Of a DNA stretch of 64,000 nucleotides, positions 51,810-64,000 are shown in pieces; positions within the stretch are counted from its first letter, which is position 1; the number at the start of each line of letters is the position of its first letter. Where the stretch lies: contig NC_057717.1 of assembly GCF_004010195.1 (NCBI RefSeq), positions 56,493,126 through 56,557,125 on the forward strand, in the 5' to 3' direction. This stretch comes from Chiloscyllium plagiosum. Taxonomy: Eukaryota. The notes beneath the pieces were generated by a model. The model searched no databases, was not told the DNA's origin, and was given only the letters and a program-made list of their open reading frames with translations. A program made the translations under genes and the position numbers.

Positions 51810-53310
51810 CTATCACGGTTAGAAATTCAACACCGTTTTGTGAAAGGTAGGTCGTGCTGCACAATCCTTATTGAGTCCTTGGAAAAGTGCCCAACAGGTG
51901 GGTGAGGATAAAGCGGTTGGTGTGACGTAAATGGATTTCAGTAAGGTGCTTGCTAACTTTCCCATGGTATGCTGCAGCAAAAAATACGGAGGCACAGGGT
52001 CGAGGATGATTTGATTTGTTGGATTAGAAATTGGCTCGGTGAAAGAACGCACAGGCTGTTGGTTAATGGGGAATGTTCATCATGGAAATTAGCTACTAGT
52101 GGTGGACCACAAGGATCTCTTTTGTGTATACTGCTGTTTTCCACTTTTATAAATGACCAAGATAAGGGCGTAGAAGGATGGGATGTAAATCTTTGGATGA
52201 CGCTATGGTCAGTAGAGTTGTGCATTGTGCCAAAGGATGTTGCAGGGAACAGAGGTATATAGATAAAGCTACAGCGCTGAGCTGAGTGGTGGCAAATGGA
52301 ATTTAATGAGGAGAAGTGTGAGATGAAATTCACTTTGGAAGGAGTAACAGGAATGCTGAGTACTGGATAAGGTTCTGGGTAGTGTAGATGAGCAGAGAGT
52401 TCTCAGTGTCCAGGTCCATAGATCCTTGAAAGTTGCCACCCAAGTTGATAGGGTTGCTAAAAACGCATACGATGTGTGAGGAGACACTGAGTTCTGCAGG
52501 TGCTCGAGATCAGAACTGAGACTGTTTTGCTGCAAAGCACAGCAGGTCAAGCAGCATGCGAGGAGCAGGAAAACCAATGTTTCAGGCCAGAGCCCTTCCT
52601 CATTACTGCGGAAGGGATCCGTCCCGAAACATCGATTATCTTGCACGTCGGATGCTGCCTGACTTGCTGTGCTTTTCTCGCAATGCATGCTCACGTACGA
52701 TGTCTTAGGTGTTATTAGTGGGGAGAGTGGCTTTCGGAACCACATGATCATGCTGCAGCTGCACAAAACTCTTGTGTGGCCGCACTTGGAGTATTATATA
52801 CAGTTCTGGTCACTGCATTTTAGGAACGATGTGGAAGCTTTGGAAAGGCTGCAGAGGAGATTTACAAGGATGTTGCCTGGTATGGGAGAAATGTCTTATA
52901 TCGAAACGCAGAGGGACTTGATGCTGTTTTCATTAGAGAAATGAAGGCTGAGAGTTGACATAATTGAGATATATAAGATAATCAGAGGGTTAGATCGGGT
53001 GGACAGTAGCCGCAGTTTTCATCGGAAGGTGATGGCTAGCACGAAGGGTCATAACGTTACATTGAGGGAAGACAGATATTGGACAGACATCAGACGTAGT
53101 TTTGTTTACTTAGAGAGTAGTAGCGGAGTGGAATGCACTGCCTGCACCAGTATTAGACGCGCCGAATTTAAGGACATTTAAATGGTTATTGGAGAGGCAC
53201 ATGGACCAGAATGAAATATTGTAGGTTAGATGGGCTTCATATTGAAATCACAGGTCGACGCAACATCGAGGGCTGAAGGGCTTGTATGGCACTGTGATAT
53301 TCTATGTTCC
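51810..53310 (+). mobile_element. CR1 RT and 3' end nested in the Gypsy element, itself containing an old fold-back Penelope (~52476-52696)
   Basis: WIRNWL..SGGPQGSLL; LVWPHLEYYIQFWS; TACGATGT flanks the Penelope piece. Confidence 0.88.
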
Positions 53311-53510
53311 ATAACACTTCTCAGCGACTTGTTCATTTTTTAATCTAGTTTGAGGCACATCAAAATCCATATCATATGAATTTGATTCAAAACTCTGGGG
53401 CACAGAAACTGACAATTGTTTTTTCCACTTCTTTCTCTCTGGTATAATGCGTTTTTATGATGTTCACAAGACAGAGCCAATATATTTCCTTTTCCTATCT
53501 AGCGTCTTTA

Positions 53511-53588
53511 CCAGAAAGTTAACCTAATTCAAACTTTTTCTCAATTTGACCAGAAAGTTAACCTAATTCAAAGTTTTTCTCAATTTTT
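53511..53588. repeat. 39-bp tandem duplication
   Basis: ccagaaagttaacctaattcaaa(c/g)tttttctcaattt occurs twice. Confidence 0.9.
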
Positions 53589-56500
53589 CACAACTGACTT
53601 GAAGGGATCGCTGACCACTGGTAACATTACTAATACGTCAGCCCTTCCAGAATGCGTCATAGTCTCAGAGCTTTTATATGCCACCTGCTTCATTCTATAC
53701 TGTGCCCTCTTTAGGTGTTGTTTAGCTAATTCACCTACTCAATTTAATTCCTCCATCACCTTCGAATCATAATCTAAGTGTGCAATCTCCAATTTTGGTG
53801 CTGTCAATTTTTCGTCAAAGAATTGCAAAGAGGCTCTCACTTCATGCCCAAGTATTAAGTCGAAGGGAGTTAATTCGTTTGTGGCATCTGTAATGGAAAT
53901 TAAAACATAAATGGGATACCTTTACCATAATCGTTAGGGTAACACTGACAGGATGGTCTCAACATAATCTTCAAGGTCTGATGCAATCTTTCTAAAGCTC
54001 CCTTGGATCAGGATGTTATGCACTGGATTTGAAGTGCTGTATACCTTATCTATCTATAACCTGCTTAACAAGCCTCACAGTAAATTTTGAACCATTGCTC
54101 CGAACGAATTTCCCTAGATAGCCCGTATTGCGTGATGAAAGCTATTAACTCCTCGACAATTTTTTTTTTGCCTGATTAGTCCGGAATGGAATTGCCTCCA
54201 GAAATTTAGTAGACGCATCTATTAAGGTTTACAAGTACTGGGTCCCACTTTTAGAACCTGGAAGGGGACCTAAACAAACAATTACAACCCACACAAAAAA
54301 GATCTTCAAATGTGGGAATTGGTAACACATGTGCTGGTTATATTACCGTATGTGGGTTACTTACAATTTAGCATGTATGACATGTACAGCAAATGTTAAC
54401 CACATCCTATGCATTTCAGGCCAAAAACGATTTGTACAATAGCCTGAGTCGATTGTACCCCTCGGTGACTTTCTACCCATAACACTTCCCGTCTCTATGC
54501 TACCAACAATAAATTCAGGTGCACTTCTGCCCATTTCTTTGCTGCAAGAACTTGCCGTGTTTTCCATTTCCATCTTAGGATTTTATCTTCCAGATAATAA
54601 CTCTGTGGAATATTCTCTGTCGCATTTTTGGCGTACACATTCACTTGAATATCTATTGTCATCTTGTCTTGTTTTTACAAGTCCCATAGCCTTTCAGTAC
54701 TAAATACTTCTGTCTGACATTCTACCTGTTCAGGTTTTCCTGCATCATGACATCAAACAGTGTGACTGTTAACTGAACCTCAATTCCATCAACTTTCACT
54801 TTGTTTTTTTTTCGCTTCGTGCTGTAACTTATGATAGTGGGATCTGGTTACTACAGAGTCTGGGAAAATACCAGGATATTTCTGTATTAATTGCTTAGTT
54901 GCTTGGGCATCCTTGCACTTCTTCAGAATAAGAGGTTGCACTCCCAACTTGGATCCTGCCAAATCATTCCCAGAAGCATACTGAATATCTGGAGCGATCA
55001 TTCAGTCAATCATTCTTACTGTAGCTTCCCCAGTCCTGAGTTTGCACTCCAACCTGATCTTACAGAGGGAATGCTAAATTTCTGCCCATTTGTCCCACAA
55101 ACTAACACAGTCTTGGGTAACAGATCAAAAAGTGTACATATTCGCTCATCCCTTAAGAGCAGCAAATGTTTAGACGCTGTATCACAAAATTCTATCTACT
55201 TGTCCTTCTCCCCCTGTTCTTTCTGATTACACTTTACTCACAGAGGTGAATTATTTGCAGAGATCAGTTGCTAACTCCATACCAAACCCCGGTCAAGACT
55301 ATGCACCCTCCTGAATCTCCTCAGCTCTTCTTTACTACCTTCACTAATGCCACTTGCTTAGCTTATTTTACCACATCTTTTTGCCACACGGCCTTTCTTT
55401 AACGCCCAGCACTGTGGCTTGACATGTCCCACATTTCCACAATGGAAACACCTGATGCCTTGCACGTCCTTTCTGCACTCTTGGGCTTTTATTAATCTTC
55501 TGATAAATACATACCAGTGCTTTCTTCTCTTGGTTTAGTAGTGTAGCAATTTCCAACTTACAGGACTAAATTCTGGCCGAAAACTTGTCATATACACCAA
55601 CATGTACTCATCTGCTAGTTCTGCTACCCTTCTCACTTCCTGAGATTTCTGTTCCTCCATTTGAATTGTGACCATCTCTGGAAAAGAGTTCATTTAACTC
55701 CTGAAGTAGATTCATACCTCTTGGAGCCTCAAAGGTCTTATCTATTTTCAAAGCACACACCCATCGATCAAAATGATGATGCTTAATTCTTTCGAACTCA
55801 ACATTAGTCTGATATGGTTCCTTGTTTGTGTTTCTGAACGACTGTCTATATGCTCCAGGTACTAATTCATAAGCATGCAAAGTAACCTGTTCAACCTCTT
55901 CATAATCTCTTGACACCTCGTCTGATAGTGCAGCAAATATCTCACCAGGCCTGCCTCCCTCCCAGTTTTATCTGAACTAGCATTAGCCATAAGTCCTCGG
56001 ACAACTCCATCTGCCTAGCCATTTTTTCAAATGAAATGAAGGAGGCTTTATTTCATCTAATAAGTATTGTGCGTGTGTGTGTGTCTGTGTGCATATGCAT
56101 ATCACCAACTTCTCTTTTAACCTCCATGATGTTAACATGACTTTGCTGACGAATAACAACTTCACAAGTTCAAATGGTCTCTCTCTTAGCTCAGCTAAGA
56201 ACTTTCCTTCTCTTTCTTTTTCCTCTCTCTCTTTCCATCTCCCTTTCTGCTCTTTGCTCAGCCAATAGCATTCTCTTTCTTTCTTTCTTTTACCCTCTCT
56301 CTCTTCTCTCTCTTTCTCTTTTTCTTCTCTCTTTCCTCTCTTTCTGTAAGTTCTCAGTCCATTTTTGTCAACTGTAATTTTAGTTTTCTACCTCTACTGC
56401 ACTTGCCTGTTTCTCTGACACTCCTAAATGTTTGAGTAAGTCCGTTTCAAGTTCAGCTTTACTTTTGTCCTTGGTTAAACTCAAATCCAAGGCCCAAACT

Positions 56501-59500
56501 ATTCAAATCGCATAATAAATCCCACAAATCGATAAACTGAGCGACCAGCCACCAAACTTACAGAACGGGGTAATGCTTCCTGCCAATTCACACCAGCAAC
56601 ACAGAAAAGATTTATCCCATTCAGTATTCTGTGAAAATTCGAGCGGCCAAGAACTATTTGATGTAAAAAATAACAACTTTATTGCTTAATGTATAACAGC
56701 GAATAACTAACTAACAAATACTTCCTCTACTCTATCTTGAACCTTCCTGTTCTACATTAGTAATCCATTAAAAAAAACGATTAAGATATACGAAACAAAA
56801 CTTCTTACCTCAAAACTAGCCAGCTTTCGCTTCTTCTCTGCGTCCCTGTCTACTTGGGGATTCTGTTTTACAGGTTACTTTTCGATAAAGACACCGTACA
56901 GAGAGCTATTTTGTTTGGGCAATTTCTACATGCTGATGGCTTGGCAGTTCTCATCTCAATGATTCAACTTTCCCCCGTCTTATACCACCCCACAGCCACC
57001 TCCACCATCCCCCCCCACCACCCCCCCCACCCACCCCAAAGCATTGGATTCTGTCATTGGCCTTTCAGATGGACAATACACTAAATTGAAACTGAATTGG
57101 AGATGTTTGGGGGAGGATGTAAAACTTAAACTGATTGGTCTAATTCGAGTCTGGTTTTGTCTCCAGGCAACCAGCTACCCTAGGTACTGGACCAAAAGAT
57201 TACATTACATCTCTTTTTAGAACACTTTTTCTTACCAGGTAGTTCGGTTACTTTTAACTCTCTGAAAGGTACAGTACACTCACATCTTCATAACAATGAC
57301 GCAAGAAAGAATCTCCTCACGGAGGATGGCAAAGCTTGAGTCCTCTTTATCTGAGATAGGTACGTTCAAGTCAGACATTGATACATTTATGTATATTAAG
57401 AGATACGGAGATGCTGCAGAAAAATTGCATTGAGGTAGATAATCATCTGTGATCTTGTTAAATGCCGAAGTGGCCTTGTGGAGCCAAATAGCCTCCTTCT
57501 CTCCCCTTACTTCCTCCAAAGCAGAGAAGGGTTTGAGTTAAAGCTTCACAAATGCATAGAGTTCAAGGTCAAGCTTGTAATTTTAGGATTCAATGTAGAG
57601 TGGACAGCATTGATGATATGAAAATAAGAGCTGGTGAGGAAATTCTGCTAAGTACCTGCGATAATGTTTTGAGGATATGATTGAGAATTATTACGTCAGT
57701 TCTCTAACTGTTTGCTGAGACAGGTATGCCGTATAAATCTGTGATGTGGTTGACTTTCACAAACCTGTCAATGGTTCACTGTCCCACAGTTGCACAGTCA
57801 GGGAGACCAGAACACATGAAATTAGCGTTAAGATTCCACACTCACACACTCCAATTTCCCACTGCCTAAGTAAGCAGAGACTACAGCTTCAGTCACTGTC
57901 TTCCCGCTAATCCCTGAGGCAGAAGATCCTCCAAGCTCGAACCAAGCCGCTCAAGATTCCGAAGGCAGCCTCAAAAGAAAAACCGCAAGGAGATTATATC
58001 CCACTCACGAATTCTCAGAGTGGCATTGACATAATCCCCGAGCGAGGCAGTCACAAATAAATTCACAACATCCTCATAAAACATTTCAACAACAAAATAT
58101 CTTCATTTTGTGCAAATGGTGACGACTGCAAATCTGAAAATGAGCTCCCCCCAACTAGTGTCAGTAAGTGACGTTTTCCCATTGTTACTCTCAGGCATGT
58201 AATTTAGTTTGTGTTCGATATCAAAGTCAAACTGTTTACAGGATATCTCATCATGGCTGAATCGTTGAGGCGATGGATTCAGAAGTCTGTTGGGATTTCA
58301 CCCTACTGACTACGATTGGATCAGGACTGTTAGAGTATGGTTTTGTCCCTTTGAGACAGGAAACACTTGGGATTTGTTTCCACTTAAAGTGATGGGAATC
58401 TAAATCTCTGTCCATCTCTGTATTGTCGAGTGCAAAACCTTCACAAGGTCGAAGAAGTTTTCGATGTGAGATTGTGATGCCAAGTTAGACAAAGCGTCAG
58501 ACCAGGTGTTTGAAGATTCGATTGGCAGAGTCTGGTAGAGAAGGCCAAGCTGGCCTTACCGATCCAGTGACACTTTGACAGAACTCACCTGCTGGTTATT
58601 TCGTGATATTTCTTCCGTTTGTTGGTTTTCAGCATCCGCAATTTCATTTGGGTTTCCTTAATGAATACGCAAGTGTTTACTTTCGACTGGAGGGACAAAG
58701 GGCACCTTTTGTGCTGTGGACCTCTGTAAACAATTGCGGTGAAAGGTTGAACTATTTCGGGCATAACACAGACACGGAAGTTGCTGAATGTTTCCTTGCT
58801 TTTCTGTAACCCGGCTGTGGTCATGTCCGAAGGGCATTGCATTCCGAATGGAGCTTGCAAACTGGATCGAGAGGTGATGATGATGCGCGGGTTCACATCG
58901 CACTGATTCTGCCCTTACCGTTTCTGACATGATTCGGTTCTCTGCAGAAATAAATGTCAAAAATCCGGAGGACAAAATCCAACCCAATATTCTAAATTGT
59001 TCTATGTGCATTGAATCATGAACAGTCAGGAAATCTAAAGTATAGGATGGGACAATAATGATCCAAGTTGGCAAAATCCTTCCTTTCTGGGGATTCGACT
59101 GTCCTGCGAACCCGGGCAAACTAAGGAGATTCTCTTCGAGAGGGTGCATGAAAATACTTGGACCAACTTAACCTTCCTTCACAATCCATTCGATCATCAG
59201 AATGAAAAATATTCGGAAGAACAAATGCAAGAAGATACTTTGTCTCTTTCTACTTCTCCCCAAAAAATATAATGGCATTTGTGTATTGTATGGAATATAA
59301 AATAAATCATCCCAATTCACTTACCAAGAACAATCTCAATTTGAGATTAATAAAACAAAAGGTGAACTTATGTCATTTGGAAACAATGCAATTGTAATTT
59401 CTGTCTGTCGTGTTGATCGTGGTGATGTTTTGACAGTTAGGATTGAGCTTGATTCCCATTTGAGGAAGAACTGTTTATCGCACTTTTACTAAATGAACCC

Positions 59501-61169
59501 CGCTGTTTGCTGAAACACACAAGATTCCCAAAAGCTTTAATAGTTTGGATGTGCAAAACTGTTCATTTCCTTCTGTGACAGTCTTCAACCAGAGGGCAAA
59601 ATCTTATAATAAGGGCTACACATTAAATAGAGAACTGAGGACGATTTACTTCGATCCGTGATTCTGAGATTTTCTTTACCATAGAGGACCGTCGAGGCTG
59701 GAGCATTAAGTATATACAAGGATGCAGTCGACAGATTTTTAATCAGCAAAAATCTAAATGCTCATCGGGAAAGGCAGGTCGATCACTGCAGTGGCTTAGT
59801 GGTTTGGGTTCGACGTTTTTATCACAGAGGCCAGCGTTTGAATCATGTTTAATGAAAGCTATTTTCTTAAGTGCTGCTGATGCATCGTAATGATAGCATT
59901 TCGAGCTGATTTCCAAAATATGGAAATAAGCTCTGGAGTCCTTAGATGAATTCATGTCAACCCAAACCTATTCAGTTGACGATAAAACAAAGAAGTATGT
60001 TTGCTCGAAACCTGAAACACAAAGCAAATCACTGGAGTTTATCAGATGAAAACAGCAGCAATTATCATAAGAAAAAAGAGTTAATACTTTAGGTCCAGCA
60101 TCGCTTCTTCAGAACTGGCTTAGTTATGCAGCTCTGCATTAATACCGGGTTCGGGGGGAAACATGAAGTATTGAATGTTTCTGTAATATTTGAATTGTTA
60201 AAATACAAACGAATCTTTAACTGTTGATACCTCTTTAAAACGGTGCCATCGCCCAGCAATACCGTTGATATCCAATTTTACAGGCCTCAAGTGTCTATAA
60301 TCCAAAAACAGGGTGGGAACAGACCCCAGAGCTGGAACAAAGCAGCACGTGTGAGGAGATTGGTCCGAGAGCTGTGATAGAGTGTGAGGCGGGATGGATT
60401 TTAGACCTGATAAACAGAGGGAATCAGGACAGCTACGACAGCTTGAAACAGTGCGACTGTTTAAAGGGAGATATTCTGTTATATAGCCCGAGGTGGGAGA
60501 TGTTTTGAGTCCTGGAAAACACAATGATAGCGGCAAGATCCTGAAAACAGCATGAGTGCATGCATGATTAGGGTAGGGATCTCAGAGATTGAAAATTGTC
60601 CGATCTAAAATACATATGAGAGGTGGAGGAGAGCTTGATGCAACAGCTTAAAAACGGGGTGAGCTGTACAGGATTTGAGAGTTCAAAAATAGTACAAGAG
60701 GGCGATGTCTGTGAAGCTCGAAAGCAGTGTGTCAGGTGAACAGTATGTAAGCTGGAAAACAATGAGAGTGGGAGGTGGTTCAAGACCTGGAAAGTTTTCA
60801 GAGAGTGGTGAGTTTCAAAAGTGACGTTGGAATGGATCCAAGAACTGCAAACCAGCGGGTGAGTTGATTGAACTTAGAGTTGGAAAACAGTCCAAGAGGT
60901 GAGTAGTGTCAGAGCTGGATACCTCTACAAGATTAGAACGTTCTGACAGTTTGCAGCTGGGCGATAATGTGATTGGCCTGTGAGCTGGAAAAGAGCTCGA
61001 TAGGGTAGAAGTTCGAGAGCTGAAAACCCCAAGACACATAGGCCCGATAGCGGGAAAGGTGTAGCTGTCAGAAATGACCAGCGAACTGGCGGACCAAATT
61101 GGCTCGAGATCCGGAAATGTGTGTGACAGCGAAAATGTCTAAGAGCAGGAATGATTTGGAGATTCCAGT

Positions 61170-62722
61170 GTTGGACTGGGGTGTACAAAGTTAAAAATCA
61201 CACAATACCAGGTCATAGTCCAACAGGTTAAATTGGAAGCACTAGCTTTTGGAGCGTTGCTCCTTCATCAGGTGGGTGTGGAGTGCACAATAGTAAGACA
61301 CAGGATTTCTAACAAAAGTTTATAGAGTGATGTAACTGAAATGATACATTGAAAAATTCCTTGATTGTTTGCTTAATCGCTCATCCGTAAGAATGACCAT
61401 GTCAGTTTCACTTCATTCATAAGTAAATCACAAAACCTTCTTTAAAATTTACATTCTCAGGTTAACTTTAACAATTGGTGTTAGCCCAGATGATATGTTT
61501 AATGTACTAGCCCGTGTGTGATGTTGCCTGTGCGATAATGTTTCGATTGATGCTAATCAAAAAAAAAAGAGTTAACAGAGGTTCACATGGATACATGCAG
61601 TTTTTGAGTAACGTACAATGTAACTCCGCAAGTACGAATTCAACCCACAAATGTGTGCATGTTTGCATGTGGTTTTATGTGTGTGTGTGTGTGTCTGGGG
61701 TGGGGGTTTGTGAATGTCTGTGAGAGACAGTGTATATGTGTGTGTGTGAGTGTGAATATATCTAAATCTGTGAGAGGGCGCATGTGTGAATGTGGGAGTG
61801 TGTGTGTGTCTGGGGTGAAGGTTTGCAAGTATCTGTGAGGGTACATGCGTGAGTGTAAAGTGGTCGAAGTCTATCAGAGGACACATGTGTGAATGTGGGA
61901 TTGTGCGTGTCTGTCGGAGTTTGTGTGAGCATCTGTGTGCATGTCTGAATATAAGAGTGTCTGCGTGTGTGTGTCTGTGAGTGTGTGTTTATAGCACAAT
62001 GATGGTAACCTGTAGAGTGACAGGAACCCAAGGTCCCGTTTGTGGCCCTCATTATGCATACCGAATTGAGCTATCAGCCTCTGCTCGACCACATTTCACT
62101 GCCGCCTGTCCCGAAATCCACCTTGGACGAGGTCGAATACCCTGGACCACTGAAGTGTTCTCCAACCGGGAGGGAACACCCGTTCCTGTTGATTGTTGTG
62201 CGGTGCCCATTTGCCTGTTGCCATAGCCTCTGCTCGGTTTCACCAATGTACAATGCCTCGGGGCATCCTTGCCTGTAGCGTATGAGAGGGACAATGCTGA
62301 CTAAGTCACATGAATAACCTGACACGTAAATGGTGTGAGGTGGCTCCACGCCTAATGGTGGTATCTGACAAGTCTTGCAGCGCCGACTGTGATAGGGTTG
62401 TACAGTGGCCAAGCAATGGCTCATAGCTCCGTTCCGTATCCAGAGGGAGGGCCTCAACCAGGACTTTACGTTCATATCACAGTACAGGTAACCACCATTG
62501 CAAGATAACACACATTGACACTCCGACATGCACACACATTCCTATACACAAACACAGACGCAGACACACATACACACACATATACACACAGGCACGCACT
62601 CAGCCACTTACACACACTCCTACAGACACATATACACTCACAATCTCACATGCAGCCTCTCAAAGACCTCGAACCCTTTACACTCACACACACAGTAACC
62701 TGATGTTGTGAGAATTTTAACT
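61170..62722 (-). mobile_element. Penelope-like element with GIY-YIG relic and CA/TG-rich tracts
   Basis: ORF 62074-62535 YSCD..CPEALYIGETEQRL..NGHRTTI..PVGEHFSGPG; inverted termini agttaaaaatcacac..ccagg / cctgatgttgtgagaattttaact. Confidence 0.87.
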
Positions 62723-63399
62723 AAAAGCAGGAAATCAACAAAGATTAAAGAGGACTGAGAGCATGGAAGTTACAGCTGACCAGTGAGACAGAAAACAGAG
62801 AGGCTCGAAACCTGGAAAATTGTGTGATAGTGCACATGTCCAGGAACCGGAAAACAGAGTGGATTGGAGAGGACCAAGGCACGGTAAAAAAAATTACGAA
62901 AGTAGCTGCCGGAGACAGCCAAATGGATTGGGCTAAAGTCCAAGAAGACAGAAACCCTCCGTAGAGTCACGAGGTTAGAGATATGTTGGAAAAGCCAGTG
63001 AGCTAGAAATGTTTTCTGGTCATAAGATGCTTGGGTTCCAGGGAATTGGGAGGGTTGAGAGAGGCTGTTGAACTGTAAACAACAGACATGAGTGGCAGTA
63101 AAGCTACATGTGATGAAGGGCAATCAGACGTGAGGGACCAAAGAGCCTGACATCAAGTTAAAACGGGAGATAATCCTGAGCTGGAAAACAGCTGAAGGAT
63201 AGGAGATGCTCGAGAACTGGAAAATCACTGCACACAGGAGATGTCTTAAGAAAAATAAAAGTCAAACGTGAGAGCTCCGAGAGCAGGTTAACAACGCTAA
63301 CCTGGACTGCCTTGAAATCGAAAATAACTTGTGGGAGAGATCAGAAATAGCCAGAAAATAGTGCTATAGACAAGGCTAGACCACTCAAAACCTTCATAA

Positions 63400-64000
63400 G
63401 CAGGCCGCCCAGAACATAACTTTGCAGTTTGTTTCCATCAGTGTAGAGTGAAAATTACACGGATTAAGTTAGCGTGGTTGACTACTAAGCTTTAAAACGT
63501 ACAACACTTTCTTTAAAAAGTGACACAATGAAACACAAAGAACACAATAAAGAACCCCTAACGAAGGCAGTCTCTTCAAACTAGACTGAATTATGCCATA
63601 CTGAAGATACACAACAGTCCCATTAAGCGGCCCCTCCCTAAAAACGAGTATAAATTGAACACGAGTTTACAGGTTGAAGTTAGAAGTTCCGAAAATGGGA
63701 AAGAATGTTTCGACACTGCTCACCACTGAACTCCCAGCAGTTCTGGACTGAACGAAGCTACTCAGCTCGAAAGCTGACAACTCGTCTTTCATTCTATAGC
63801 TCACTACTATAACATGACCATATTGGCCTGAAATCTCATTTGTTTACATAGAAATAAATGGATTTCTCAATAACTTTAATTTCTGTACAATACCAGCCTA
63901 ATCTGATCCGAGAGCGGTTTGTTATCCCTCTGACAAAAAGAAGCAAGGATGTAGGAACCTTGAGATAAGGAACAGGCCTTAGCAAAAAAAAAGCGACAGC
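63400..64000 (-). mobile_element. Probable Gypsy LTR fragment
   Basis: Non-coding and LTR-like in layout; family not verified. Confidence 0.35.

Larger units (their letters stand above)
49845..56480 (-). mobile_element. Gmr1-like Gypsy element: gag (coiled coil, SCAN-like, CCHC), PR, IN, RT, RH
   Basis: DYEEVEQVTLHAYELVPGAYRQSFR (55608-55916); CFHCGNVGHVKPQC (55409-55450); DTA protease motif ~55180; integrase ~53650-54480; RT ~50880-51760 (VYFNDVVIF, FLGHNI); RNase H below that. Confidence 0.88.
42410..61005. repeat. Right arm of the inverted segmental duplication
   Basis: Reverse complement of 2368-17090, plus ~6.7 kb of arm-specific Gypsy/CR1 sequence (~49800-56480). Confidence 0.93.

Noticed and set aside
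58658-59149. 163-aa ORF as a gene
   Set aside because: The paralogous frame in the left arm has stops and no domain is recognisable
61514-62092. His/Thr- and Cys/Val-rich ORFs (also 50118-50469)
   Set aside because: Translations of CA/TG microsatellites

Overview
Eukaryotic, repeat-saturated DNA from a cartilaginous fish. HE1-type tRNA-derived SINEs with (TCTAA)n tails, CR1/HER1 LINEs and Penelope elements suggest a shark, probably a bamboo/epaulette shark (inference). I found no intact host gene; almost every ORF in the track is a transposon fragment or noise. The main structure is a large diverged inverted duplication (about 2370-17090 vs 42410-61005) whose arms later gained different insertions and tandem expansions. 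Its ~25 kb spacer holds a decayed but nearly complete endogenous retrovirus on the minus strand (LTR-gag-PR-extra domain-RT-RH-IN-env-PPT-LTR, 19862-35813), split by nested LINE, SINE and Penelope insertions. Once those insertions are removed, the extra pol domain between PR and RT resembles a 2H phosphoesterase (CNPase-like). Also present: two Gmr1-like Gypsy relics with integrase before RT, several fold-back Penelope insertions with 14-16 bp target-site duplications, and a few weak exon-like candidates. Boundaries and identities were read by eye and are approximate.
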